In this document: positions 20,011 to 29,620 of the stretch, in pieces
Layout: each line of letters begins with the position of its first letter
Position numbering within the stretch: the stretch's first letter is position 1
Source of the DNA: Bacteroidales bacterium
GTDB lineage: Bacteria; Bacteroidota; Bacteroidia; Bacteroidales; VadinHA17
DNA: 64,000 nucleotides
Assembly (NCBI GenBank): GCA_046706305.1
Contig: JBJKPQ010000071.1
Span: 2,211-66,210 of the forward strand
Direction of reading: 5' to 3'
Made by a program: the position numbers and the translations under genes
Notes under the pieces: generated by a model
The model's input: only the letters and a program-made list of their open reading frames with translations
What the model was told of the DNA's origin: nothing
The model's database searches: none

Positions 20011-20766
20011 TCACATAAAAATTTTGGCAGGATATTCAATATTTGTCAGAAATAATCCTTTAGCCGGTGCTGACTGACCTGCCTTGCCACGGTCCCTTGC
20101 TTCAATAATGGCGGCCATTTCCCGGGGCGGTATTTTACTGAAGCCTATTCTTATCATTGTGCCAACAATAGCTCTTACCATATTCCTCAGGAACCTGTCG
20201 GCCCTAATGGTAAACACTAAAGTATTGCCTGATTCCTGCCATCCGGCTTCATAAACCCTGCATATATTAGTCTTTGCTCCGGAATGCAGCTTGCTGAAAC
20301 TTGTAAAATCGGATGATTCCAAAAGTGTTTCTCCTGCTTTGTTCATAGCCGCTATATCGATATCTCCGTACAGGTACCAGCTTGAGTCCACAAGGAAGGG
20401 ATCCTTCTCCCTGGACACATAATATTTATATGTTCTTGACAGGGCACTAAAGCGTGCACTTGCATCCGGAACCACCTTTTTGATGTCATTTACTGCTATA
20501 TCATCGGGCAGGAAACTGTTAAGATGGTGAATAATCCTGCTGTTACCAGCCAGGTCTTCATATTCACTGTCGAAATGTGCACAAAACATGCTCGCGTGAA
20601 CACCTGTATCGGTTCTTCCTGCCCCAGTGGCAGTTGTTTTTTTGTTCAGTACGGTTGTAAGAGCCTCCTCAAGTACCTGTTGTACAGTAACAGAATGAGG
20701 CTGGACCTGCCAGCCATGATACGAAGTACCTTTGTAAGAGATGAATATGAAATAGCGGTTTTTCAA
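20011..20766 (-). CDS. truA: tRNA pseudouridine(38-40) synthase
   Basis: 251 aa with the catalytic motif GAGRTDTGVHA and an N-terminus ISYKGTSYHGWQ. The first codon on the minus strand is TTG. Confidence 0.9.
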   Translation of the reverse strand: MKNRYFIFISYKGTSYHGWQVQPHSVTVQQVLEEALTTVLNKKTTATGAGRTDTGVHASMFCAHFDSEYEDLAGNSRIIHHLNSFLPDDIAVNDIKKVVPDASARFSALSRTYKYYVSREKDPFLVDSSWYLYGDIDIAAMNKAGETLLESSDFTSFSKLHSGAKTNICRVYEAGWQESGNTLVFTIRADRFLRNMVRAIVGTMIRIGFSKIPPREMAAIIEARDRGKAGQSAPAKGLFLTNIEYPAKIFM

Positions 20767-20936
20767 CAGGATGTTTTTGTAAATATAACTTTTTGTTATA
20801 AAAATTAATCTTTCATGCCCTTTGAAAATCGATCTTTAGCTGTATTTTTACTATCGTCGTTTAAGGATTTGTAACTACCTGATCTAAATGACAGCATTAT
20901 TATTATAATGAATCAAAATCTAAAACCCTATTAACT

Positions 20937-22664
20937 ATGAAAGTTGATTTGTCATGGATAGATTACCTAATTATGTTAATCTATTTCCTTTTTGTGCTTG
21001 GCATTGGTTGGTTTCTGCGGAAGTTTATGAAGAATGCCAATGCATTTCTTGAGGCCGGCAGGGCAATGCCGGCCTGGGTTGCGGGTTTGGCTTTTATATC
21101 AACTAACCTTGGTGCGCTTGAGGTGATGGGAATGACAGGTTCCGGTATGAAATACGGGATGCTGACAACTCATTTTTACTGGATAGGAGCTATTCCTGCA
21201 ATGATTTTCCTGGCTCTTTTTATGATGCCGTTCTATTACGGATCCAAAGCCAGGTCAGTACCTGAGTTTCTTAAGTTAAGATATGATGAAAAAACAAGGG
21301 GACTAAACGCTATTTTGTTTGCAGTGATGACAATTCTTGCATCGGGTATATCAATGTATGCACTTGCTATACTTATGGAAAATGTTTTGGGCTGGGATTT
21401 TAATGTCAGTCTGTGGATTTCAGCCCTGATTGTACTGGGTTACACATATCTCGGTGGTTTGTCTTCTGCTATTTATAACGAAGTACTCCAGTTTTTTATA
21501 ATTGTTCTGGGATTATTGCCACTTGCTGTATTAAGCCTGAAAGATATAGGCGGCTGGACGGGACTGAAGACTCACCTGGCCCCTATAGCCTATTCACACG
21601 GGTTTGCCGCTGATACTTTTACCACAACATGGAAGTATACAGGTTCAGCGGCATCAAATCCAATGGGGGTTGAATGGTATGGAATATTCTTCGGTCTTGG
21701 CTTTGTACGTGCCTTCGGTTACTGGTGCACAAATTTTCTTATTGTTCAAAGGGCATTTGCAGCTGAGTCAAAGACGGCAGCAAGGAAGGTGCCACTTATT
21801 GGCGCACTTCCAAAGATGTTCATCCCTTTCCTGATAATTGTTCCCGGGGTCATTGCCCTTGCTCTTTTCAATGATCCCTCGAAGGGGTTTTCACTTCCAC
21901 TTGACTCTGCCGGTCAGCCTATTTATGACTATACAATTATTATGCTCCTGAAGCAGTATCTCCCGGCCGGTGTTCTCGGGCTTGGCATAACTGCACTCCT
22001 GGCCTCCTTCATGTCGGGTATGGCCGGTAATGTGTCTGCTTTTAATACGGTTTGGACCTATGACATTTACCAGAGTTATATCAGGCCGGCAACAGGAGAT
22101 GAGGAAGCAGACGGAAAACATTACCTTCGTGTTGGCCGGATTGCAACTGTGTTTGGTATTTTACTCAGCATTGCATCAGCCTATATTGCAAGTAAGTTTG
22201 GCAATATAATGGATTTTCTGCAGACTATTTTCTCAATGATTAATGCGCCGTTATTTGCTGTTATATTCCTTGGTATGTTCTGGAAAAGAACAACCGGGCA
22301 TGCTGCTTTTACCGGTTTGCTGCTGGGATTCATAGCTGCCCTTCTTCACCATGGACTTACAGTACCTGCGGGGGCGACCACTCTTGTAAAAGGGGGATGG
22401 ATAACCGTGCTGCATACATACCCTGTTGAAATGGCCCAGAATTTCTGGACAGCCATTTTTGCATTCACGGTAAGCACTCTTGTTACCGTTGGTCTTTCAC
22501 TGGTGACTAAAAAACTGAAATCTGACGATGAACTGAAGGGACTTGTTTATTCATTGACTCCCAGGGAGATGGATGACAAATCGCTTCCATGGTACGAAAG
22601 GCCGGCTGGTCTTGCAATACTTGTTTCCGTTGTAGCTATAGTATTAACAGTAATATTTTGGTAG
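20937..22664 (+). CDS. Sodium:solute symporter family (SSF) transporter
   Basis: 575-aa polytopic protein with an SSF-like N-terminal region (GRAMPAWVAGLAFISTNLGA...). Substrate is unknown. Confidence 0.8.
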   Translation: MKVDLSWIDYLIMLIYFLFVLGIGWFLRKFMKNANAFLEAGRAMPAWVAGLAFISTNLGALEVMGMTGSGMKYGMLTTHFYWIGAIPAMIFLALFMMPFYYGSKARSVPEFLKLRYDEKTRGLNAILFAVMTILASGISMYALAILMENVLGWDFNVSLWISALIVLGYTYLGGLSSAIYNEVLQFFIIVLGLLPLAVLSLKDIGGWTGLKTHLAPIAYSHGFAADTFTTTWKYTGSAASNPMGVEWYGIFFGLGFVRAFGYWCTNFLIVQRAFAAESKTAARKVPLIGALPKMFIPFLIIVPGVIALALFNDPSKGFSLPLDSAGQPIYDYTIIMLLKQYLPAGVLGLGITALLASFMSGMAGNVSAFNTVWTYDIYQSYIRPATGDEEADGKHYLRVGRIATVFGILLSIASAYIASKFGNIMDFLQTIFSMINAPLFAVIFLGMFWKRTTGHAAFTGLLLGFIAALLHHGLTVPAGATTLVKGGWITVLHTYPVEMAQNFWTAIFAFTVSTLVTVGLSLVTKKLKSDDELKGLVYSLTPREMDDKSLPWYERPAGLAILVSVVAIVLTVIFW

Positions 22665-22676
22665 GAGGAATTTAAT

Positions 22677-22877
22677 ATGGTAGATATAAGATTACCAATC
22701 GGACTTATGTTTTCTATTGTAGGCGTAATAATATCAGTCTTCGGGTTTTTTACAAGGTCCGATTCAGGTATGTATGCCAAATCGCTTGGTATAAATGTAA
22801 ATTTGTATATGGGTATACTGATGTTGATCTTCGGACTCTTTCTGCTTTATCTTGCACAAAGAAAAAAGAAGAAATAA
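22677..22877 (+). CDS. Small two-TM membrane protein (66 aa), possible accessory subunit of the SSF transporter
   Basis: Starts 12 nt after the SSF stop. An AGGAGG Shine-Dalgarno-like sequence (22663-22668) lies 8 nt upstream of the ATG. It has two hydrophobic helices and a KKKK tail. Confidence 0.5.
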   Translation: MVDIRLPIGLMFSIVGVIISVFGFFTRSDSGMYAKSLGINVNLYMGILMLIFGLFLLYLAQRKKKK

Positions 22878-22916
22878 CTTCACTTACCAGGGAAAAATTA
22901 AATATTAATAAATCAG

Positions 22917-22956
22917 GGGATTGCAGGCAGGCATTTTAATATGCTTCTGCAATCCC
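22917..22956 (+). terminator. Long imperfect hairpin between the SSF operon and ltaE (terminator or attenuator candidate)
   Basis: GGGATTGCAG (22917-22926) pairs perfectly with CTGCAATCCC (22947-22956), and an inner 6-bp stem also forms. It is followed by TCTTGTT, a weak T-tract. Confidence 0.35.
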
Positions 22957-22968
22957 TCTTGTTAAAAA

Positions 22969-24021
22969 ATGGCCAATATGATTGTTAAAAGAGGTTTTGC
23001 CAGCGACAATAACGCAGGTATTCATCCGGAAATATTAAAAGAGATTGCCGCAGCAAACAAGGGGCATGTAACGGGGTATGGTGCTGACAGTTATACATAT
23101 ATTGCGAATGAATTGTTTAAAAAACACCTTGGTGATTCAGCGGAGGTTTTCTTCGTGTTTACCGGTACAGCAGCCAATGTGCTTGGTATAACATCCGTCA
23201 TACGTTCCTGGAATTCGATAATAACTGCATCTACTGCTCACCTCGAGCAGGATGAATGCGGGGCACCTGAGAAGTTCACGGGAGGCAAGGTATTAACTGT
23301 TGATACACCTGACGGGAAGCTGACTCCTGATTTGGCAGAAAAGCATATGCACGGCTTTGATTTTGAGCATCATTCACAACCGCGGGTGATTTCAATTACC
23401 CAGGCTACCGAAATGGGTACAGTATATAGTAAGGAAGAGATAAGGCAGCTGGCCGATTATGCTCATTCAAAAGGTTTGTTACTGCATATGGACGGAGCCA
23501 GGCTTTCAAATGCTGCCGTATCGCTTGACCTGCCTTTCAGGGCTTTTACAACTGATGCCGGTGTAGATATGCTGTCGTTCGGTGGAACAAAAAACGGGAT
23601 GATGTCCGGAGAAGCTGTGTGTTTCCTTAAGCCAGGCTTATCTGACAATTTCAGATATATAAGGAAACAGGGCATGCAGCTTGCGTCGAAAATGAGATTC
23701 ATATCTGCACAGTTCATTGCATACCTTGAAGGAGATTTGTGGAGGCGATGTGCCGCTCATGCTAATGAAATGGCAGGTTATATGGCCGGTAAACTGGCAA
23801 AGGTAAAAGGTATCAGGATAACCCAGGAGGTTCAGTCGAACGGGATATTTGTAATTATGCCTGATGAGGTTGCGAAAGCTGTACAGAAGGAGTATTTTTT
23901 CTATCCTTGGGATGAAAAAACATCAGAATACAGGCTTATGACCAGCTGGGATACGGAGAAGTCGGATATTGAGGGTTTCATAAGCGTTCTTGAGAGCGAG
24001 CTTGCAAAACATAACAAATAG
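22969..24021 (+). CDS. ltaE: Low-specificity L-threonine aldolase (PLP-dependent beta-eliminating lyase family)
   Basis: 350 aa (FASDNNAGIHPE, YGADSYT, FFVFTGTAANVLG, DECGAPEKFTGGK, FGGTKNG with the PLP lysine). Confidence 0.85.
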   Translation: MANMIVKRGFASDNNAGIHPEILKEIAAANKGHVTGYGADSYTYIANELFKKHLGDSAEVFFVFTGTAANVLGITSVIRSWNSIITASTAHLEQDECGAPEKFTGGKVLTVDTPDGKLTPDLAEKHMHGFDFEHHSQPRVISITQATEMGTVYSKEEIRQLADYAHSKGLLLHMDGARLSNAAVSLDLPFRAFTTDAGVDMLSFGGTKNGMMSGEAVCFLKPGLSDNFRYIRKQGMQLASKMRFISAQFIAYLEGDLWRRCAAHANEMAGYMAGKLAKVKGIRITQEVQSNGIFVIMPDEVAKAVQKEYFFYPWDEKTSEYRLMTSWDTEKSDIEGFISVLESELAKHNK

Positions 24022-24067
24022 ACAAACAGCAGCTTTCATTGAGGCTAGCAGATATATGATATAAAAG

Positions 24068-24101
24068 AAAAGGGACCTGCAACAGCAGATCCCTTTTTTA
24101 T
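24068..24101. terminator. Bidirectional terminator between convergent ltaE and tonB
   Basis: AAAGGGA-C-CTGC-AACA-GCAG-A-TCCCTTT hairpin flanked by an A-run (5') and TTTTATT (3'). Confidence 0.5.
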
Positions 24102-24116
24102 TGCAAGAAAGTCGTT

Positions 24117-24896
24117 TTATTTGAGTGTAAAAGTAATTGGCACCATGTACCATACCGGAACGGGTTTACCACCCTGTTTACCCGGTTTAAAAGCAGGAAG
24201 AGTCTGAACAACCCTGATAGCTTCTTTATCAAGCTCGGGGTCAACTCCTTTCAAAACACTCACCTGGCTGACACCTCCTTTGGCTGTCACACAGAATCTC
24301 ACGATAACCCTGCCCTGGATGTTGTTTTCCTTAGCAACTTCAGGGTAATTGGTGTGTTCTCCAATCCATTTAAGAAGGGCAGCATCTCCACCAGGAAATG
24401 AGGGCATTTCCTCAACAACCACGAAAGGTACTTCTTCCGGTTCGGCTTCCTGTACTTCTTCCTTTACTGTCTGCTGTACTTCAACAACTTCAGTGTTCTG
24501 TACTTCTTCCTGAGCCTCATCAGCTGTCATAAGCTGGTTTACTTCTTCAGGTTTAACTGAGTCAACGACTACAGGAGGAATATATTTCTGCTGTTGTACA
24601 ACGTCTGCCGGAGGAGGCGGAGGTGGGGGAGGAGGAGCAACTGTCTCATTAGGCTGATCGAGGTTCTCCATCTTAATCTCTACCTGTCTCTCCTTGCGGC
24701 TTTGTTTGTTCTCCGCAGCTTTTGCATTAATGTAAGGTGTAATAACTGCCGTACCAACTATAATAACTCCAATTAAAAGCGAAACTATAACGGTACGATT
24801 ATACTTCTTACGTAATTTGTAAGCTCCGTATTCCTTATTCCTTTCTTCGAATACTATATCATCGAAGGCAGGAGTCGTTTTTGTATTTTTTGCCAT
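24117..24896 (-). CDS. tonB: Energy transducer TonB
   Basis: 259 aa with an N-terminal TM anchor, a proline-rich spacer (PPPPPPPPP), an acidic E/V/Q-rich region, and a TonB C-terminal domain (YPEVAKENNIQGRVIVRF). Confidence 0.85.
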   Translation of the reverse strand: MAKNTKTTPAFDDIVFEERNKEYGAYKLRKKYNRTVIVSLLIGVIIVGTAVITPYINAKAAENKQSRKERQVEIKMENLDQPNETVAPPPPPPPPPADVVQQQKYIPPVVVDSVKPEEVNQLMTADEAQEEVQNTEVVEVQQTVKEEVQEAEPEEVPFVVVEEMPSFPGGDAALLKWIGEHTNYPEVAKENNIQGRVIVRFCVTAKGGVSQVSVLKGVDPELDKEAIRVVQTLPAFKPGKQGGKPVPVWYMVPITFTLK

Positions 24897-24915
24897 TATT
24901 AAAAAGGTTTACGGT

Positions 24916-25581
24916 TTATTTCTTGGTTTCATCACTTGTTGGTGTAATACCTGCAGCGGCTTCCACCATCTTATTCTCATACCAAGCAATATCTACAACA
25001 GTATAACGCGCAATCCCGCAGATATTCATCTCGTCGAGTATATCTACAAAATCACCGTAGTTTGCTTTCTTATAAGCTTTTATAAGAACAATAGGCCCGG
25101 TATCGTCATCCTTCTTCAGTTGTTTGATGGCTCCCTGGACAGAATCCTGGCTGATTTTTATTTTGCCTTTCAGGACTTCATTTTTGAAATCATCAATTTT
25201 TCTGAAAAGAGCTTTGTTTCTCTCAAGGAGTAACTGACGTATCCCGGTGGGGCTAAAGTCTGTCTCCCTGAGAGGGGGCAGGTTGTTATAGTCCTCGGGC
25301 TTGACAGTTCCCGGATACCAATAGATTTTATCATCAGGGCCCAGAATGATATTCAGAGTACGGCTACCCGGAATTTTGGGAGGCTCTGCATTCGGATCCT
25401 TGATTTTTTCAGGAAGGTTAATTTCCATAACCTTTGGCTTACTGAAAGCCGTCGTCAGCATAAAAAATATGATCAGCAGACACATCAGGTCAACCATCGG
25501 TGTCATATCTATATGCGGGGGGTGTTTTTTCCCTTTGTGTTTCCCGCCTTTTCCTTTTTCTTCTTGAATTATCTCTGCCAT
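24916..25581 (-). CDS. exbD: ExbD/TolR-family biopolymer transport protein
   Basis: 221 aa with the ExbD N-terminus (IDMTPMVDLMCLLIIFFM) plus a periplasmic domain. Confidence 0.8.
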   Translation of the reverse strand: MAEIIQEEKGKGGKHKGKKHPPHIDMTPMVDLMCLLIIFFMLTTAFSKPKVMEINLPEKIKDPNAEPPKIPGSRTLNIILGPDDKIYWYPGTVKPEDYNNLPPLRETDFSPTGIRQLLLERNKALFRKIDDFKNEVLKGKIKISQDSVQGAIKQLKKDDDTGPIVLIKAYKKANYGDFVDILDEMNICGIARYTVVDIAWYENKMVEAAAGITPTSDETKK

Positions 25582-25582
25582 A

Positions 25583-26221
25583 TCACTGTTGTATTTCGTC
25601 TAGGTTAATTTTTGCAGCTTCCAAGCTTGTAACCAGGTTGAATTTGTTCATGTTCTTGTCCTGCAAAATATCAAGAACAGTTTTAATCATCGGATAATCA
25701 GTTTTGGAATCAGCTTTGATTACCGCCTGAATATTCGGGTTAACCTGGCGTGCAAATAGTACCCATAGAGCTAGTTGGTTGTCAGTAGAATCATAAGGTA
25801 CACCTGTTTGATAAACTGACCTGTCTTTTGATGATTTGGCATCGAGAAATGACTTCATGTCGGCAATAGGAACACCGATACTCGAAGGATATTTTTCAAA
25901 TTCCCTGAGTTCTCTGTCCGAAAACTGGATGTTGTATCTTTCTCCCATTGCTGAGAGTATCTTCGGACGAAATTTAAGAAGGGTATCAGGACCATTGTCG
26001 AAATTCAGGAAAACCTTATCATCTTTGGAAACAAGAACAGTCATAATGTTAAAATCAGGAGTAGGTGTCTCTGATATTGAAAAAGGCGTATCGACAGGAG
26101 CTGGTTCCTGCTGCCTCATTGTTGTTGTCAACATGAGGAAAATCAGAATTACTGAAAACAGGTCAACCATCGGCGTCATGTCGATTCTTGGAGATTTCGT
26201 TGGTAATTTAATCTTTGGCAT
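25583..26221 (-). CDS. exbD: ExbD/TolR-family biopolymer transport protein (second paralogue)
   Basis: 212 aa (IDMTPMVDLFSVILIFLM). Confidence 0.8.
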   Translation of the reverse strand: MPKIKLPTKSPRIDMTPMVDLFSVILIFLMLTTTMRQQEPAPVDTPFSISETPTPDFNIMTVLVSKDDKVFLNFDNGPDTLLKFRPKILSAMGERYNIQFSDRELREFEKYPSSIGVPIADMKSFLDAKSSKDRSVYQTGVPYDSTDNQLALWVLFARQVNPNIQAVIKADSKTDYPMIKTVLDILQDKNMNKFNLVTSLEAAKINLDEIQQ

Positions 26222-26266
26222 TGTACTTTTTAGTTTTAAATGATTTAGACCAAAAGATCAATTCGA

Positions 26267-27085
26267 TTAAGCGTTTTTCAATGAAGCGGCAAAATTCTGT
26301 GTCAGACTGAAACCTGCTTCGTCAATTTTAAATGTATAACTGTCTATTGTTGCAGAAAAGTAGTTGAATGCAATAATTGATAATGTTGAGCCAGTAATAC
26401 CGAATGCTGTGTTAACAAGAGCTTCAGAAATACCGGTTGCAAGAGCAAGAGCATCAGGAGCACCTGACTGAGCAAGAGCAGCAAATGCACGGATCATACC
26501 AAGCACAGTTCCGATAAGACCGATAAGCACAGATATTGATGCAAGGGTTGAGAAGATAACCATGTTTCTTGAAAGCATAGGCAGCTCAAGAGCTGTAGCT
26601 TCTTCGAATGATTTCTGAATTGACAGAATCTTCTGGTCTTTCTCAAGCTCTTTGTCTTTCTGCAGGTCGCGATAACGCAACAGACCGGCTTTCATAACAT
26701 TTGCAAGTGAACCTTTCTGTTTGTCACAAGCTACGAGAGCATCTTCAATTTTATCTTCTGCAAGAAGGCCCTGGATGTTACTTACAAATACATTCAGCCT
26801 TCCTTTTCCTTTTGCCCTTGACAATGTGATAGCCCTTTCAAAAATGAAAATAATAAGGGTCAGCACACAGGTCATGAGAATAGGAACAATATAACCACCT
26901 TTATAAACAATACCGAGGTAGTTACCTTGCAGCGGCTGCCCCTCAGGGTTACCACCTTCAAAATTCACAGGGTTACCCATAATGTTCACAAACAAAAGAT
27001 AGGCAACTACAAAAGCTATTAAAATAGCACTTGTTGCAAAAACATTCTGCAACGCATCTTTGAACGAACTTCCTTTTTTACTCAT
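26267..27085 (-). CDS. exbB: MotA/TolQ/ExbB proton-channel protein
   Basis: The C-terminal half carries the MotA_ExbB signature (LIGLIGTVLGMIRAF..., ISEALVNTAFG). The ORF-track start at 27130 is a TTG; the first ATG (MSKKGSS...) is at 27085. Confidence 0.85.
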   Translation of the reverse strand: MSKKGSSFKDALQNVFATSAILIAFVVAYLLFVNIMGNPVNFEGGNPEGQPLQGNYLGIVYKGGYIVPILMTCVLTLIIFIFERAITLSRAKGKGRLNVFVSNIQGLLAEDKIEDALVACDKQKGSLANVMKAGLLRYRDLQKDKELEKDQKILSIQKSFEEATALELPMLSRNMVIFSTLASISVLIGLIGTVLGMIRAFAALAQSGAPDALALATGISEALVNTAFGITGSTLSIIAFNYFSATIDSYTFKIDEAGFSLTQNFAASLKNA

Positions 27086-27278
27086 TTTTTTTATCGATTT
27101 GTTTAGGTTTAAATTTTTTACGATTTGCAAATATATATTATGAATTGTTTTTTTCCAAAACAGGGATGAATATTATTATTTTTTTGCCGCAGTCAGGATT
27201 AATTCTCCAATTACTTAGACCGTTATAATAATATTCTACCCTATATTTTTGCCGGTTTAATTTAAAATTTTTAATTCT

Positions 27279-29516
27279 CTATTTTTCAAGTGTTACATTG
27301 TAAACTCTTGATTTAGTTATAGGAATTTCAACCGATTTATAACCTTTGGCGCTAATAATAAGAACCTCAGATCCTTCAGGAATTTCAAATTTATATTCCC
27401 CTTTGCTGTTTGTAAGGTTTTCTGCAGCCGTATCCTTTACCCTGATAGAAGCATAAGGAATTGGGGCACCTGATTCATCTTTCACAACGCCTTTGATCTC
27501 ATTAGGGTTTATTCCTTTTTTGATCTGGGCTTCAAATTCCCTGACGTAATTCAGCTGACTCTTGGCACTTGCGTTATTCGGATCAATGGCAAGAATCTTG
27601 TTATATGATTCGGCTGCCCTTGAGAGGTAAGGAAGTCTTCCTTCACTTGTCTTCTCTGAAGAGAGGGCTCTTAGTTCTACTGATGCCAGGCCGGCATAAC
27701 CCTTGATCTTGTTTTCATTATTTGTAGGATCAAGATTCACTATCCTGTTGTAATATTCTTTACAGGCACCAAAATCCTGCTTCATCATGTAGTAGAAGCC
27801 AAGATACTGACATGCTTCAACTATTTCAGGTTCATATTTCAGCGAGTCTTTCTGAGCTGCTTCAAGAACTTTTACAAACTTGGGTTTTGCAAGACCGAGC
27901 TTTGTGTCAGGATCTTTTTTGGAATATGTCCTTGCTATCCAGAGGTATGCCGGAACGTAGTTCGGATCCTTCTTTGTAATTGCATTGAATGTTGAATCTG
28001 CAGCATTAAAATCATTGGCGATATAATAGGTTTTTCCAATCCTCATAAGCTCTTCTGTGTTGTCTTTTGAAGGATCAAGCATTTTTGACCATGTTTTAGC
28101 AGCTCCCACATACCTTTTGTAGTTGTAGTAGTTGGTTGCAACTTCGTTGAGCAGAGACATGTCATTTGGTCTCAGTTCCTCTAGTTTTGCATAGTTGGCA
28201 AATGCCTCGTCTATTTCTTTGTCTTCAGCATTAATTACATTCTGCACACTGTCTACCTGGGCAGTAAGCTTTGCAATAACGGGTTTGATCTTCTCCTTCT
28301 CTGTTTTAGAGGCAATGGAATACTTTGATTCATCCTTGGCGAGCTGCTGTTTCATACTATTAAGACCGTCAAGCTGCTTTGGATAATCCTGGTTCTTCTT
28401 GAGAAGTATCCTTGCCATATACTGGTAGTCTTTAGGTATAATCCTCTCGGGAGCAACCTCTTTGAACAGTGTTCTCATGTATTCGAGAGCCTTTGTATAA
28501 TCAGGCGGATCTTTTTCGTAATATGAATAACCTGCAATACGGTTCAGGTATGTCCTTGACTTGTCAACAGCAAAGATATCCTGAACATTCTTGATCACAC
28601 CGTCATAATCTTTGGCATAGAAAAGTGCGTTCACATACCTTATTTTTGCAGGTATGTTTCCAGCTGTAAGGTCAAGATATTTCTTGAAATATTCCTTGGC
28701 CTGGTCAAATCTCTGAGCAAGTAGGTACAACTGACCAAGTTCACGATAGGCCGGGGCATAGTTTGCATCCAGTTCAATAGCCTGTTCGAAGTAAGGAATT
28801 GCAGCCTGCAAAGCACGACCTCTTACGTATATTGCACCGATTTTCATGTTTGTTGTCGGTGACTGGGGATCGGCAAACTGAGCCTGATTATAGAAATAAA
28901 TTGCTTTCGAACCGTCATTTTCAAGATTATAGATGTCGCCGGCTATAAGATTGACATCCCTGTTCATGTTGTCAATCGAGAGCGCCTGCCTGATAAGGGG
29001 TAGCGCAGCAGTTGTATCAACCTGGTCATTCTTGATGTATGATTCTGCTATCTTCGCAAGGATAAAAGCATACCTTGGAGCCGGAGGATTTATTCTCCTG
29101 AGATTCCTGTACGGAAGCAGGAAGCTCTTTGCCTTTGCACGCATCTCTTCAGCTGTTTTATTATCACCTGTAAGGAAAGCTATTTTTGCAAGACCCACAT
29201 AATTAAGAGGATCATCAGGACTTGCCTCTACACCTTTCTGGTAGATGTCTTTAGCCTCCTTAGCCACGACAGTCAGCGAGTTGGAGATAGTGTCTGAATA
29301 AAAGTCTGCCAGGTAATTTTCTCCCCGGTAAAAATATGCATCTCCGTTTGAGGGATCTTTATTGATCAGTTCCTTGAACATTGCATCTGCTTTCTCATAT
29401 TGCTCACTCCTTGTCAGATGAATGGCTTCATTCAGGTCCTGAGCCTGGCTGTTAAACGCAAAAACTGTCAACAGTACTGCCAGCATCCCAACTGGCTTAA
29501 TTAATAAACGTTTCAT
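27279..29516 (-). CDS. Secreted TPR-repeat protein with a C-terminal carboxypeptidase-regulatory-like (CarboxypepD_reg) domain
   Basis: 745 aa with a signal peptide, many TPR units, and a C-terminal IKGVVKDESGAPIPYASIRVKDT...NSKGEYKFEIPEG beta-sandwich motif. Confidence 0.75.
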   Translation of the reverse strand: MKRLLIKPVGMLAVLLTVFAFNSQAQDLNEAIHLTRSEQYEKADAMFKELINKDPSNGDAYFYRGENYLADFYSDTISNSLTVVAKEAKDIYQKGVEASPDDPLNYVGLAKIAFLTGDNKTAEEMRAKAKSFLLPYRNLRRINPPAPRYAFILAKIAESYIKNDQVDTTAALPLIRQALSIDNMNRDVNLIAGDIYNLENDGSKAIYFYNQAQFADPQSPTTNMKIGAIYVRGRALQAAIPYFEQAIELDANYAPAYRELGQLYLLAQRFDQAKEYFKKYLDLTAGNIPAKIRYVNALFYAKDYDGVIKNVQDIFAVDKSRTYLNRIAGYSYYEKDPPDYTKALEYMRTLFKEVAPERIIPKDYQYMARILLKKNQDYPKQLDGLNSMKQQLAKDESKYSIASKTEKEKIKPVIAKLTAQVDSVQNVINAEDKEIDEAFANYAKLEELRPNDMSLLNEVATNYYNYKRYVGAAKTWSKMLDPSKDNTEELMRIGKTYYIANDFNAADSTFNAITKKDPNYVPAYLWIARTYSKKDPDTKLGLAKPKFVKVLEAAQKDSLKYEPEIVEACQYLGFYYMMKQDFGACKEYYNRIVNLDPTNNENKIKGYAGLASVELRALSSEKTSEGRLPYLSRAAESYNKILAIDPNNASAKSQLNYVREFEAQIKKGINPNEIKGVVKDESGAPIPYASIRVKDTAAENLTNSKGEYKFEIPEGSEVLIISAKGYKSVEIPITKSRVYNVTLEK

Positions 29517-29620
29517 AGTTATCCTTAATTTGATGGTGTTGTTAAGTATAAATTACGTGCTCAAATATCTTTAATCTATATCCAAATTCCAAATTTCTCT
29601 TTTTCAAATAAAATGCCCGT

